A DNA stretch of 64,000 nucleotides from an uncultured Actinomycetes bacterium (GCA_963723855.1 CAVRSI010000015.1:195553-259552); one strand, 5' to 3'; shown: positions 1 to 8,968, numbered from the stretch's first letter. Numbers and translations: made by a program. The notes: generated from the letters alone by a model not told the origin.

Positions 1-1359
1 GCGTACAGGATCTCGCTGAACCCGTGGGGTCCCGCGTTCAGGCGCGCATCCAGGCCTGCGGGGATCACGACCGCCACGGCGGTGAGGGCGAGCACCACCA
101 GGAACGGCACCAAGATGGCGATCGCCGACAACTTGACCTCGCGGGCGCCGATCTTCTTGCCGAGGTACTCGGGGGTCCGCCCGACCATCAGCCCGCCGAT
201 GAACACCGCGATGATGACGTAGAACAGCATGCCGTACAGGCCGCTCCCGACACCGCCCCAGATGACCTCGCCCACCGCGATGTTGAACATCGGGGCGACC
301 ATGCCGTCGGCCTTGTAGGAGTCGTGCATCGAGTTCACGCTCCCGTTCGACGCATCCGTGGTGGCGACCGCCCAGAGCGACGATTGGTCGGTCCCGTACC
401 GGAGCTCCTTACCCTCCATGTTCGGGGCCGCAGCGGAGATGCCCGCGACGCGCATCGCCTGAGAGGACGTGTGCTCGTAGGGCACCGTCAACCAGAGACC
501 GGCGATGAAGAGCACCATCATCGCGGCGAAGATGGCCCATCCTTGACGGACGTTCCCGACCATCTTGCCGAACATGTAGCAGAGCGCAGCGGGGATCAGC
601 AGGATGGAAAGCAGCTCGACGAAGTTGCCGAGCGGACCCGCTCCCTCGAACGGATGCGCCGAGTTCACGTTGAAGAAACCGCCACCGTTCGTGCCGAGCT
701 GTTTGATCGCGACCTGGGACGCGACCGGTCCGCGGGCGATCGTCTGGTCGAACCCCTGGATACCATGCGCGACGGCCGAGCCAGAGAACGTCTGCACGAC
801 ACCCTGCGTGATCAGCACGACGGCGACGATCACCGCGAGCGGCAGCAGGATGTAGACCACGCCGCGAACGGTGTCGCGCCAGAAGTTCCCGAGGTCGTTC
901 GTGCGAGAACGGACGAACCCACGGATCAACGCGACGAGCACCGCCATGCCGACCGCCGCGGACACGAAGTTCTGGAACGTGAGCCCCAGCATCTGCGTGA
1001 GGTAGGTCATGGTGGTCTCGCCGCCGTAGGCCTGCCAGTTCGTGTTGGTCGCGAAACTGGTGGCGGTGTTGAAGGCCACGTACTGGTTCACCGCGCCGAG
1101 GCCCACCGGGTTGAGAGGGAGGTGCCCCTGCACGCGCATCAGGACGTAGAGCAGCACCGTGCCGATCGCGCTGAACCAGAGCGTGCAGGCCGCGTACCGC
1201 CGCCAGGTCTGCTCGACCATCGGGATCGACGCCGATCAAGCGGTAGATGACGCCTTCGACACGACCGACCCGTTCCGAGGTGTACACGCGGTACATGTAT
1301 GCACCGACCGGCGGCGTCAGGGCCGTCAGGATGACCAGATAGATCAGGATCGTCGTCAC
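1..1359 (-). CDS. kdpA: K+-transporting ATPase subunit A (KdpA); C-terminus runs off the left edge; one frame break near 1212-1227
   Basis: ORF 409..1359 starts as KdpA (MTTILIYLVILTALTPPVGAYMYRVY...IYRLIGVDP) and then turns Arg-rich. The adjacent minus frame is open to position 1, so it is absent from the track. My translation of it continues EQTWRRYAACTLWFSAIGTVLLYVLMRVQGHLPLNP...FATNTNWQAYGGETT...GTNGGGFFNVNSAHPFE...GRTPEYLGKKI, all KdpA hallmarks. Confidence 0.85.
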
Positions 1360-1360
1360 G

Positions 1361-1450
1361 TCAGAACCACTCCGGCCGGATCAACGCGATCGTGAGGTAG
1401 ACGAGCAAGGCAACCGAGATGATCAGCTCGAGGACGTCGGCGAGACTCAT
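1361..1450 (-). CDS. kdpF: K+-transporting ATPase subunit F (KdpF), 29 aa
   Basis: MSLADVLELIISVALLVYLTIALIRPEWF is a single TM helix with the KdpF-type AL..PE.F tail. It ends 1 nt upstream of the kdpA start and is hidden in the tail of track ORF 1361..1987. Confidence 0.75.
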   Translation of the reverse strand: MSLADVLELIISVALLVYLTIALIRPEWF

Positions 1451-1533
1451 ACGCGATCCAGCCATGCGACGAGCACCGCGGCGAAGAGGTAGAACGCGAC
1501 CACCAGGATCACCATCAGCAGATCGATGCCCAT
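1447..1533 (-). CDS. Candidate 28-aa hydrophobic peptide translationally coupled (ATGA) to kdpF
   Basis: Own translation: MGIDLLMVILVVAFYLFAAVLVAWLDRV*. The stop TGA at 1447-1449 overlaps the kdpF ATG at 1448-1450. An in-frame alternative ATG at 1557 would give 36 aa. The SD is weak, and the ORF is too short for the track. Confidence 0.3.
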   Translation of the reverse strand: MGIDLLMVILVVAFYLFAAVLVAWLDRV

Positions 1534-1651
1534 ATCCGCAGCATAGGAACGACTCATGAGGAACCCATAAGGGCGGAACGGCTCGACCTATGGGAGTCGT
1601 GAGAGCTCTCCGCCAAAGCCGGAGCGCGACATCCGGAAGCGTATCCTCGAC

Positions 1652-3196
1652 TTGATGGACGAGCGCGCGACGCTCCGGGAGCCAACCGATCTCCGCGGTC
1701 ACGGGATCCCGATACTCGCGCGACTCGCGAGGACGAGCCCCAACCTTCGGATCGCCGGCTATGTCATCGCCGTCGCCGGCACGGCACTCGTCACGATCGC
1801 GTTCCTCCCGATCCGGGACGAGGTCCTCCCGTTGAGCAAAGGGTTCGCGTTCCTTGCGGTCGTGGTCGCCGCCGCGGCGACCGGGAGCCTCGGCCCCGGC
1901 ATCGCGGCATCGATCCTCGGCTTCCTCTGCTTCAACTACTTCTTCCTCCCGCCGTACGGCCGATGGACGATCGCACGGCCAGAGCACGTAGTGGTGCTGT
2001 TCGCGTTCCTGGCACTCTCGGTCATCATCTCGGAGCTCTTGGCCCGTGCCGCCGAACGCGCCCGATCCGCGGAAGCTCGAGAGGCGGAGCTCCGCACCAT
2101 CCAGGAGCTCAGCCGTGAGCTGACCACCCGCGTGCCCGGCGAGGACACGATCGAAGTGGCGCTGCTGACCGTGAAGAACGCGTTCGGTTATGGAGCCGCG
2201 GCCCTCTTCGTCGAAGAAACCGAAGACGTGCGCGGTCTGGTCCAGCAGGTGACGGTCGGAGGACCGCCGGGATCGGTATCGGCGACGTGGGACCCCCGAT
2301 CGGCGGAGCAGCCGCCCGAGCGACTCCCGCTGTCCGTGGGAGGACGGATGCTCGGGCTCGTCGTCCTGAAGGGCGACCGGCCGCCGCTCACGCCCGCGGA
2401 GAGCCGCGTCCTCCGCGCGTTCTGCGATCAGCTTGCTCTGGTGCTCGAGCGCGACCGGCTCCTGCGCTCCGCGACGGAGGCCGAGGTCTACCGGCAGACC
2501 GAGAGCGTTCGCCGTTCGCTGCTCGCCGCGGTGTCACACGACCTCCGCAGCCCGCTCGCCGCGATCAAGGCGTCCGTGACGGATCTGCTCGACGACGTTC
2601 CCGGCACCACGGCGATCGATCGGCGCGAGGCGCTCGAGGCGATCGACGCCGAGACCGACCGGTTGAATGCCCTGATCGCCAACCTCCTGGACATGTCGAG
2701 GATCCAGGCGGGCTCACTCCGGGCGCGGCCCCAGACGGTGGATCTGACCGAGACGATCTCTGAATCGGTCGACCGACTCCGGCGCCAGCACGAGCACATC
2801 GCCGTCAACGTTCGGATCGCGCCCGAGGCGGCGTTGGTGCGAGCCGACCCCGTGTTCCTGGATCGGATCATGAGCAACCTCCTGGAGAACGCGGCCACGG
2901 CCGTCGACGATCACGAACACGCCACGATCGAGGTGGACGTCCGTCGTTCGAACAGCCTGGTGGCCGTGCGGGTGATCGATCACGGACCCGGCGTGTCGCC
3001 CGCCGCGCGCGAACAGCTCTTCTATCCTTTCTACCGGATGGACGACCGGAACCCGCGACTGGGGTCGGGACTGGGGCTCGCGATCTGCAAGGGGTTCGTC
3101 ACGTTGCTCGACGGGGACATCTGGATCGAGGACACGCCCGGCGGGGGCGCCACGTTCTCGTTCACGCTTCCATCCGCGGATGGGGGTGCGGACTGA
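1652..3196 (+). CDS. kdpD: KdpD-like sensor histidine kinase, short form (TM block + GAF-like + HisKA + HATPase_c) without the N-terminal KdpD/Usp module
   Basis: 514-aa ORF. It has an N-terminal multi-TM block (IAGYVIAVAGTALVTIAFLP...FLCFNYFFLPPYGRW), an H-box SLLAAVSHDLRSPLAAIK, an N-box NLLENAATA, and G-boxes DHGPGV...GSGLGLAICKG. It lies divergent to kdpFA and directly upstream of kdpE. Confidence 0.85.
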   Translation: MMDERATLREPTDLRGHGIPILARLARTSPNLRIAGYVIAVAGTALVTIAFLPIRDEVLPLSKGFAFLAVVVAAAATGSLGPGIAASILGFLCFNYFFLPPYGRWTIARPEHVVVLFAFLALSVIISELLARAAERARSAEAREAELRTIQELSRELTTRVPGEDTIEVALLTVKNAFGYGAAALFVEETEDVRGLVQQVTVGGPPGSVSATWDPRSAEQPPERLPLSVGGRMLGLVVLKGDRPPLTPAESRVLRAFCDQLALVLERDRLLRSATEAEVYRQTESVRRSLLAAVSHDLRSPLAAIKASVTDLLDDVPGTTAIDRREALEAIDAETDRLNALIANLLDMSRIQAGSLRARPQTVDLTETISESVDRLRRQHEHIAVNVRIAPEAALVRADPVFLDRIMSNLLENAATAVDDHEHATIEVDVRRSNSLVAVRVIDHGPGVSPAAREQLFYPFYRMDDRNPRLGSGLGLAICKGFVTLLDGDIWIEDTPGGGATFSFTLPSADGGAD

Positions 3197-3900
3197 GGAA
3201 GGAACGCATCCTCGTCGTCGACGACGAGGCCCAGATCCGCAAGGCGCTGAACCGTGCCCTCGTGGCCAGGGGATACGAGGTCGAGACCGCCGTGGACGGC
3301 GAGGAGGCACTGCTCGTCGCCGAACGCTTCGCGCCGGACCTGGTCGTCCTCGACCTGAACCTCCCCGGCATCGACGGGTTCGAGGTCTGCCGGCGACTCC
3401 GGACGTGGTCGGCGACGCCCGTCATCGTGCTCTCGGTGCGGGAGGACGAGGGCGACAAGGTCGAGGCGCTCGACCTCGGGGCGGACGACTACCAGACGAA
3501 GCCGTTCGGCATCGACGAGCTGCTCGCGCGGATCCGCGCCTTGCTGCGTCGCAGCGAAGACCGGAGCGGGCAGGTCGCATCCCGATTCCACTCCGACGGC
3601 CTCGAGATCGACCTGGCGTCCCACCGGGTCGTGCGCGACGGCGAGGGTGTTCGTCTCACGAAGACGGAGTGGGCGCTGCTCGAGGCGTTCGCGACCCATC
3701 CGGGCAAGCTCCTGACCCACGGATGGCTCCTCACGCACGTGTGGGGCGAGGGGTACGCGGACGACGTGGACGTGCTCCGGGTCTTCGTGAGCCAGCTGCG
3801 GAAGAAGATCGAGCGCGAACACACGCGCCCGGCGATCATCGTGACCGAGCCGGGCGTGGGATATCGCTGGGTGCTGCGAGCCTCGCCCGCGGAAGGCTGA
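3186..3900 (+). CDS. kdpE: OmpR-family response regulator KdpE; start region disturbed (probable 1-nt insertion near 3198-3204)
   Basis: Track ORF 3262..3900 has the receiver plus winged-helix domains (DLVVLDLNLPGIDG...KPFGIDELLARIRALLRR...VGYRW). The conserved receiver N-terminus RILVVDDE (3205-3228) is in frame upstream, but no ATG/GTG/TTG precedes it. GTG 3186 or ATG 3180 lie one frame off and would read M(GV)RTEEG-RILVVDDE if one base is removed. Confidence 0.8.
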
Positions 3901-3907
3901 CCGAGAC

Positions 3908-4268
3908 CTACGACGCGAACTCGAACCGGGGGTTCACCATGCGAACCTCGCCGCGCTTGTCCCCCAGCACCCCTTCGACGATGACCTTCGTTCCCAGCGT
4001 CATCCCCTGGATCCCTCGCCGCCCCATGAACACGATGTTCGCGTCGCCGGTCCCGTCGTAGAGCAGCGCCTCGAGCGTCTCCTGCCCCTCGACGGGGAAG
4101 ACCGTGATCCGCCGAACCACGCCGGCGAGCTTCACCGGCTCCCGGAGCGGCGCTTCGGCGATGCGCGTCGTGCCCGGCACCTTCTCCGCCCAGCCGCGGA
4201 TCTCCGGCCGAAAGGCGTGCCTCGTCGCTCTCCTTCAGCCGGTCGAAGAAGCGACGGAAGACTGCCAT
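3908..4268 (-). CDS. OB-fold nucleic-acid-binding domain protein (actinobacterial type); one frame break near 4198-4212
   Basis: The N-terminus MAVFRRFFDRLKESDEARLSA (start of ORF 3489..4268) joins EIRGWAEKVPGTTRIAEAPLREPVKLAGVVRRITVFPVEG...MVNPRFEFAS (ORF 3908..4180) after a 1-nt shift. The family assignment is from memory of mycobacterial homologues. Confidence 0.6.
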
Positions 4269-4277
4269 GCTTCGGTG

Positions 4278-6543
4278 CTACGACGCTGCCATCGACGAGG
4301 CATCGGCCTGCCGGACCACGTCCTCGAGCTCGGACTTGCGCGTCTTCGAGATGTAGATCATCACGCCGAGGATGACGACGCACACGGCGGCGACCGCGAT
4401 CCGGAACGCGACGTCCGTCGGCGTGCGTGACCACGAGCGGTGCGATCAACAGCGCGACCAGGTTCATCACCTTGATCAACGGGTTCAATGCCGGGCCGGC
4501 CGTGTCCTTGAACGGGTCGCCCACCGTGTCGCCGATGACGGCGGCCTTGTGCGCGTCGCTGCCCTTGCCCCCGAAGTGCCCTTCCTCGATGTACTTCTTG
4601 GCGTTGTCCCATGCGCCGCCCGAGTTCGACAGCATCACGGCGAGCAGCTGTCCGGTGAGGATCGCGCCGGCCAGGAACGCCCCGAGCGCTTCGCCCTTCA
4701 ACAGGAAGCCGGCGATGACGGGCGAGAGCACCGCCAGCAGGCCCGGCGTCATCAGCTCACGGAGCGAGGTCTTGGTGCAGATGTCCACGACACGGCCGTA
4801 GTCCGGCTTCTCCGAGTAGTCCATGATCCCCGGGTGATCGCGGAACTGGTTCCGCACCTCGACGACGACCTGCGCCGCCGCCCGGCCGACCGCGCGGATC
4901 GCGAGCGACGAGAACAGGAACGCGACCGACCCGCCGAGCAACAGCCCCACGAGCACGTCCGGGTGGTCGACCCGGATGCCGATGAAGTTGAAGCCGGCGC
5001 CGCGCAGCGCTTCCTCGAACGAACCGAACAGCGACGTCGCCGCGATCACGGCCGTCGCGATCGCGAGCCCCTTCGTGATGGCCTTCGTGGAGTTCCCGAT
5101 GGCGTCCAGGCCGCCCAGGATCTCGGCCGGCCTGCCCTCGAACTCCCCGGACATCTCCGCGATGCCCTGCGCGTTGTCCGAGATCGGCCCGAACGTGTCC
5201 ATGGACACGACGACCCCGACCGTGGTCAGCATCCCCATGCCGGTGAGCGCGATGAAGTACAGGCGCTCGGCGTTCGAGTGACCCAGCAGGAACGCGGCCA
5301 TGATGTCCCCGGCGATCACGATGATCGACCACACGGTCGATTCGAGCCCGACGGAGAATCCCGCCAGGACCGTCGTCGCCGCCCCGGTGACGGTGGACTC
5401 CGCGATCTCCTGCACGGGCCGGTGTTTCGTATCGGTGAAGTGCTGCGTGAGCACCTGGATGATGCTCGCCAGGATCAGCCCGAACGCCACGGCGAAGCCC
5501 GGCTTCCATGAGTGCATGTAGGAGTTCGAGATCACGAACACGGCCGCGGCTGAGATGACCGCGGAGATGAAGAACCCGCGGTTGATGGCCTTCATCCCGT
5601 GCTCCTCTTCACTCCGAGGAGCCACGGCGAGGATCCCGATGATCGAGGTGATCACGCCGACCGCTCGCACGAACAGCGGGAACATCACGCCGGCGATCGC
5701 GCCGATCGACGAGCCGCTGTACGCGGCCGCGCCCAGGATCAAGGAGGCAACCAGCGTGACCTCGTAGGACTCGAACAGGTCCGCCGCCATCCCGGCGCAG
5801 TCGCCCACGTTGTCGCCCACGTTGTCGGCGATCGTCGCGGCGTTGCGCGGATCGTCCTCGGGGATCCCCTGCTCGACCTTGCCGACCAGGTCGGCGCCCA
5901 CGTCGGCCGCCTTCGTGAAGATGCCGCCTCCCACCCGCATGAACATCGCGAGCAGGGCGCCGCCGAACCCGAAGCCCACCAGGACGCTCGTGGCGTCCTG
6001 CTTGTAGATGAGCAGGATCACCGTCGCGCCGAACAGGCCGAGTCCTACCGTGAACATCCCGGCCACGCCGCCGGCGCGGAAGGCGATCCGGACCGCGCGC
6101 CGCAGGCCCGACTCACGCGCGGCGTTCGCCGTCCGGACGTTCGCCCGGACCGCGAGCCACATCCCCACGTAACCGGTCGTGGCGCTGAACACCGCGCCCA
6201 GGATGAACGCGAGCGAGCGCCCGAACTTGATCGAGAACTCGGAGTGCACGGCGTCCTTCGGTGCCGGAAGGATGAAGAACAGGATCACGGTCAGGAGGCC
6301 CAGGAAGACCGCGAGCGTCCGGAACTGGCGCGAGAGGTAGGCCTTCGCCCCCTCCTGGATCGCCTTGGCGATCTCCTTCATCTTCTCGGTGCCCTCGGGA
6401 GCTCCGAGCACCTCGCGCACCAGGTAGTAGGCGAACAGCAGGGCGATCAGCGAGACGCCCATGGTCACCCACAGGAACGTGTTTTCGAACGACCCGAATA
6501 CCGCTCGGATCGGGCCACTCTCCTGGGCCAAGACGCCGTGCAT
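4278..6543 (-). CDS. hppA: Membrane H+-translocating pyrophosphatase, K+-independent type; one frame break near 4408-4424
   Basis: ORF 4132..6582 from [10 protein letters not shown] carries typical H+-PPase blocks ([72 protein letters not shown]). [10 protein letters not shown] has Lys at the position that is Ala in K+-dependent enzymes. After LVVTHAD the track frame turns Arg-rich; the shifted frame gives a final TM helix, [44 protein letters not shown], with its stop at 4278-4280. Confidence 0.9.
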
Positions 6544-6605
6544 CGAACCTCCTCGAGATGTGTGGGAGCGTGCCTCTCTCACCCGACCGGGCCGGGAACG
6601 CGTGA

Positions 6606-6611
6606 AGTATA
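6606..6611 (-). promoter_or_regulatory. Candidate -10 box TATACT upstream of hppA, inside a 10-mer (CCTATACTTC) shared with the riboswitch at 15560
   Basis: The coding-strand sequence TTCATTGCCTATACTTCACG lies about 60 nt upstream of the hppA ATG. An identical CCTATACTTC occurs at 15566-15575. No convincing -35 was found. Confidence 0.3.
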
Positions 6612-6660
6612 GGCAATGAACTGGTCGCCGACCTGCGAGAACGGTGGCTCAGCGACAGGA

Positions 6661-7023
6661 TCAGCGGGCGATCCAGTAGCCGAGCCCGGCGACCAAGAAC
6701 GCCGGCGGGCCGGAGAGCAACAGGTTCCAGCCCACGTAGCGCCATGCCCCGTCCTCGATCAGCTGCACCGTCTCGTACGTGAAGGTCGAGAACGTGGTGA
6801 ATCCGCCGATCACGCCGGTGCCGACGAACGTGAGCCATGTCGCCGAGACGTGCCCGGCGGTCGCGGCGCCGACCAGGAGTCCCAAGGCGAAGCTCCCAAC
6901 CAGATTCACCACCAGCGTGCTCAACGGGAACGGGCTGCGTTGGCGGGGAGCGATCACTCCCTCAACCGAATACCGAAGCAGCGCGCCCAACCCGCCACCG
7001 GCGGCAACGGAAAGCGCGATCAT
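6661..7023 (-). CDS. crcB: Fluoride channel CrcB/FluC (distal copy)
   Basis: 120 aa: MIALSVAAGGGLGALLRYSV...LSTLVVNLVGSFALGLL...TGVIGGFTTFSTFTYET. This is the CrcB signature with four TM segments. It has an ATGA overlap with the upstream DUF190 gene. Confidence 0.9.
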   Translation of the reverse strand: MIALSVAAGGGLGALLRYSVEGVIAPRQRSPFPLSTLVVNLVGSFALGLLVGAATAGHVSATWLTFVGTGVIGGFTTFSTFTYETVQLIEDGAWRYVGWNLLLSGPPAFLVAGLGYWIAR

Positions 7024-7361
7024 CCGGGATGGGTTCCCCGGTAGGAACGGACCTCCACCCGTTCGACGGTCACCAGCCCGTCGCCGACCATCGGATCGAT
7101 CTCCTCGATGAACGCGTCGATACGGTCGACCGTGTCGACGATCTCGATCAACAGCGGGAGGTCCTCTGAGAGACGAAGGATGCGTGCGGTGTGCAACCGC
7201 GAGCTGGCGCCGAATCCCTCGATCCCCCGGATCACGGTCGCTCCGGCAAGCCCCCGCTCGTGTGCGAGGTGGACGATCTCCTCGTACAGGGGTTTGTGCT
7301 GCCACGTATCCGATTCCCCGATGAAGATCCGCAACAGCTTGCATTCGCCTTCGAGCTTCAT
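7020..7361 (-). CDS. DUF190 (PII-like) protein, commonly linked to crcB
   Basis: 113 aa: MKLEGECKLLRIFIGESDTWQHKPLYEEIVHLAHERGLAGATVIRGIEGFGASSRLHTARILRLSEDLPLLIEIVD. It is sandwiched between two crcB genes, with ATGA overlaps on both sides. Confidence 0.8.
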   Translation of the reverse strand: MKLEGECKLLRIFIGESDTWQHKPLYEEIVHLAHERGLAGATVIRGIEGFGASSRLHTARILRLSEDLPLLIEIVDTVDRIDAFIEEIDPMVGDGLVTVERVEVRSYRGTHPG

Positions 7362-7732
7362 CGATCCTCCCTCGGCCTCGCCGGACCGAACCGTCCGGTC
7401 CAGATCCCGTAGACCCCCGCCGCCTGACCGGCGACCAGCGTGGCGAGCCAATACACGAGCGCCGTCCGTACATGGCCCGTATCGATGAGCTTGACCCCTT
7501 CCACGGCCATCGTCGAGAAGGTCGTGTAGGCGCCGAAGAACCCGATCGCGACCAAGGGGCGCATGAATCGGGTCGGCCTGAGCCGCTCGGAAAGCAACAC
7601 GGCGACGACGCCCAGCCCGAACGCCCCGGTGACGTTGACGAAGAACGTCGCCCACGGGAACGCCCCTTGATCGCCGGCGAACGCAAGGCCGATCCGCCAT
7701 CGGGCGAGCGCTCCCACGGCGCCGCCGACCAT
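7358..7732 (-). CDS. crcB: Fluoride channel CrcB/FluC (proximal copy); an alternative GTG start at 7765
   Basis: MVGGAVGALARWRIGLAF...WATFFVNVTGAFGLGVV...IGFFGAYTTFSTMAVEG matches CrcB. Paired crcB genes suggest a heterodimeric channel. Confidence 0.85.
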   Translation of the reverse strand: MVGGAVGALARWRIGLAFAGDQGAFPWATFFVNVTGAFGLGVVAVLLSERLRPTRFMRPLVAIGFFGAYTTFSTMAVEGVKLIDTGHVRTALVYWLATLVAGQAAGVYGIWTGRFGPARPREDR

Positions 7733-7829
7733 GACCGCCGCGGTCCGTGCATGCGAAGGCTTCACGATCGCCGAGCGTCTCAGACGGCCAGGTTCCATCG
7801 AGGCGATGCACCGATCGTGGCGCCTGTTC

Positions 7830-8366
7830 TCAAAGCTCGTCTCGCTTGCGGAAGAAGGCGACCGCAGCACGCCGCCGGCTCTCGTTCGAGACGTACTGAG
7901 GACGTTCGTAGGCGTCGACCGCAAGCGTCCCTTGCCAGTCGATGAACGGCTCGATGGTCGAGTGGTCGATCCCAGCCGCAGCCGCCTCTTCCTCGAGCCG
8001 ACGCAATTCGGTCCGCAAGCGTTGCGCCTCCAACTTCAGGAGCGGCACGATATCTCGGTCGAGCTTGATATACGCCAGGAACGCTTCGCGCTCAGCCTCC
8101 TCGGACACCGCGAACCGCGCACGGTTGGTCACGAGCAGGATGCGCAGCTCCGCAACTGACGCGGCGGATGCGGCGCACCGGATCCTCAGACCTTCGATCC
8201 TGGAACGACCGGTGTCACCGCTTCCGCTGAACGCGGGATCATCCTCAGCCACGATGCGGACCCCTCTGTCGCACGCTTCCGCGATCAACGCCTCCTGGGA
8301 AAGCTCCGGGCGTACCGCCTTCGCGCGGTCAAGATCGGCCTTGAAGATCCTCATGGGCTCGCTCAC
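7830..8366 (-). CDS. Hypothetical protein (178 aa from GTG 8366, or 174 aa from ATG 8354), second gene behind riboswitch A
   Basis: Clean ORF: (VSEP)MRIFKADLDRAKAVRPELSQEALIAEACDRGVRIVAEDD...LKLEAQRLRTELRRLEEEAAAAG...FFRKRDEL. GTG 8364-8366 overlaps the stop of the upstream gene (GTGA). I recognise no family. Confidence 0.6.
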   Translation of the reverse strand: MSEPMRIFKADLDRAKAVRPELSQEALIAEACDRGVRIVAEDDPAFSGSGDTGRSRIEGLRIRCAASAASVAELRILLVTNRARFAVSEEAEREAFLAYIKLDRDIVPLLKLEAQRLRTELRRLEEEAAAAGIDHSTIEPFIDWQGTLAVDAYERPQYVSNESRRRAAVAFFRKRDEL

Positions 8367-8830
8367 GTACTGCCCTCGCCGATCGCAGCGCGAAGGGCGA
8401 CGATCCGGGCTCGGTACGCGTCGATATCCCGTTGCAGACGGGGGAGCATCCAATCGACGGTCTGCTCGATCTCTCTTCGATACATCCGCGTGGACAATTC
8501 GCGCTTGCGGGTTTCCTTCGAACCATCGAACCAGGCGTAGCGGGTCACTGGGATCAGGGACTCCACAGATCTCACCACGTTCTCCAGGCGGTCGAGACGC
8601 TCTTCGTCCGTCGGGAGGCTGCTTAGCTCAGCCTCCACGACGATGTCGAAAAGGCCGGCTTCCAGGATGAACCGTCGCTCGGACGTGTCGATCGGCATGG
8701 CGGGCGACTCGGGCTCGGCGACGTCGATGAACTCCTCGGCGACGTATTCGTAGTCCAGGTCGCGCACCATCGGACGTAACGATCCGAGGTCGGGAGTGGG
8801 TCGCTTGAGCGAGTGATCCGATCCGGTCAT
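8363..8830 (-). CDS. Hypothetical acidic protein (155 aa), first gene behind riboswitch A
   Basis: ORF: MTGSDHSLKRPTPDLGSLRPMVRDLDYEYVAEEFIDVAEPES...RMYRREIEQTVDWMLPRLQRDIDAYRARIVALRAAIGEGST. The ATG lies only 2 nt after the GGAGG of the riboswitch platform, so the start could instead be the internal Met at 8770. I recognise no family. Confidence 0.6.
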   Translation of the reverse strand: MTGSDHSLKRPTPDLGSLRPMVRDLDYEYVAEEFIDVAEPESPAMPIDTSERRFILEAGLFDIVVEAELSSLPTDEERLDRLENVVRSVESLIPVTRYAWFDGSKETRKRELSTRMYRREIEQTVDWMLPRLQRDIDAYRARIVALRAAIGEGST

Positions 8831-8898
8831 GGCCTCCTACCTCGATCCGGTAGGAGCCATCAGCTCAGCGTGAGCGGGTTCGGCGAGCTCCATCGCCC
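8831..8898 (-). promoter_or_regulatory. Fluoride riboswitch (crcB motif), copy A: aptamer 8849-8898 plus an SD-sequestering helix
   Basis: Minus-strand RNA: GGGCGAUGGAGCUCGCCGAACCCGCUCACGCUGAGCUGAUGGCUCCUACC-GGAUCGA-GGUAGGAGGCC-AUG. Elements are P1 GGCG/CGCC, loop GAUGGAGCU, an AAC linker, P3 GCUCA/UGAGC, CUGAU, and a 3' GCUCC complementary to the loop GGAGC (pseudoknot), then CCUAC. CUCCUACC pairs with GGUAGGAG and masks the SD. A TAAGAT -10-like box is at 8910-8915. Confidence 0.8.
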
Positions 8899-8968
8899 TT
8901 CGACATCACATCTTAAGCCCTCAACCGGTTCGGCGCGTCCGTTCCGAGCTCGGTGTCAGCGGCATGAT

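Noticed and set aside
24-1250. A 408-aa plus-strand ORF antisense to kdpA. The same issue applies to other long ORFs: 15222..17174 (-), 33981..37589 (+, 1202 aa), 37591..39999 (-, 802 aa), 42291..44600 (-), 20092..21000 (+ part), and 49320..51440 (+).
   Set aside because: Their composition is dominated by Arg, Gly, Pro, Asp and His, which is typical of non-coding frames in very GC-rich DNA. Each overlaps a gene with clear family motifs on the other strand or in another frame.
7733-7829. A possible fourth fluoride riboswitch directly upstream of the proximal crcB gene (contains CCUCGAUGGAACCUGG and GAUCGUGAAGCC).
   Set aside because: It lacks a proper P1 helix, the AAC linker, the CUGAU element and a loop/3'-strand complementarity. 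It does not align with the three good copies.
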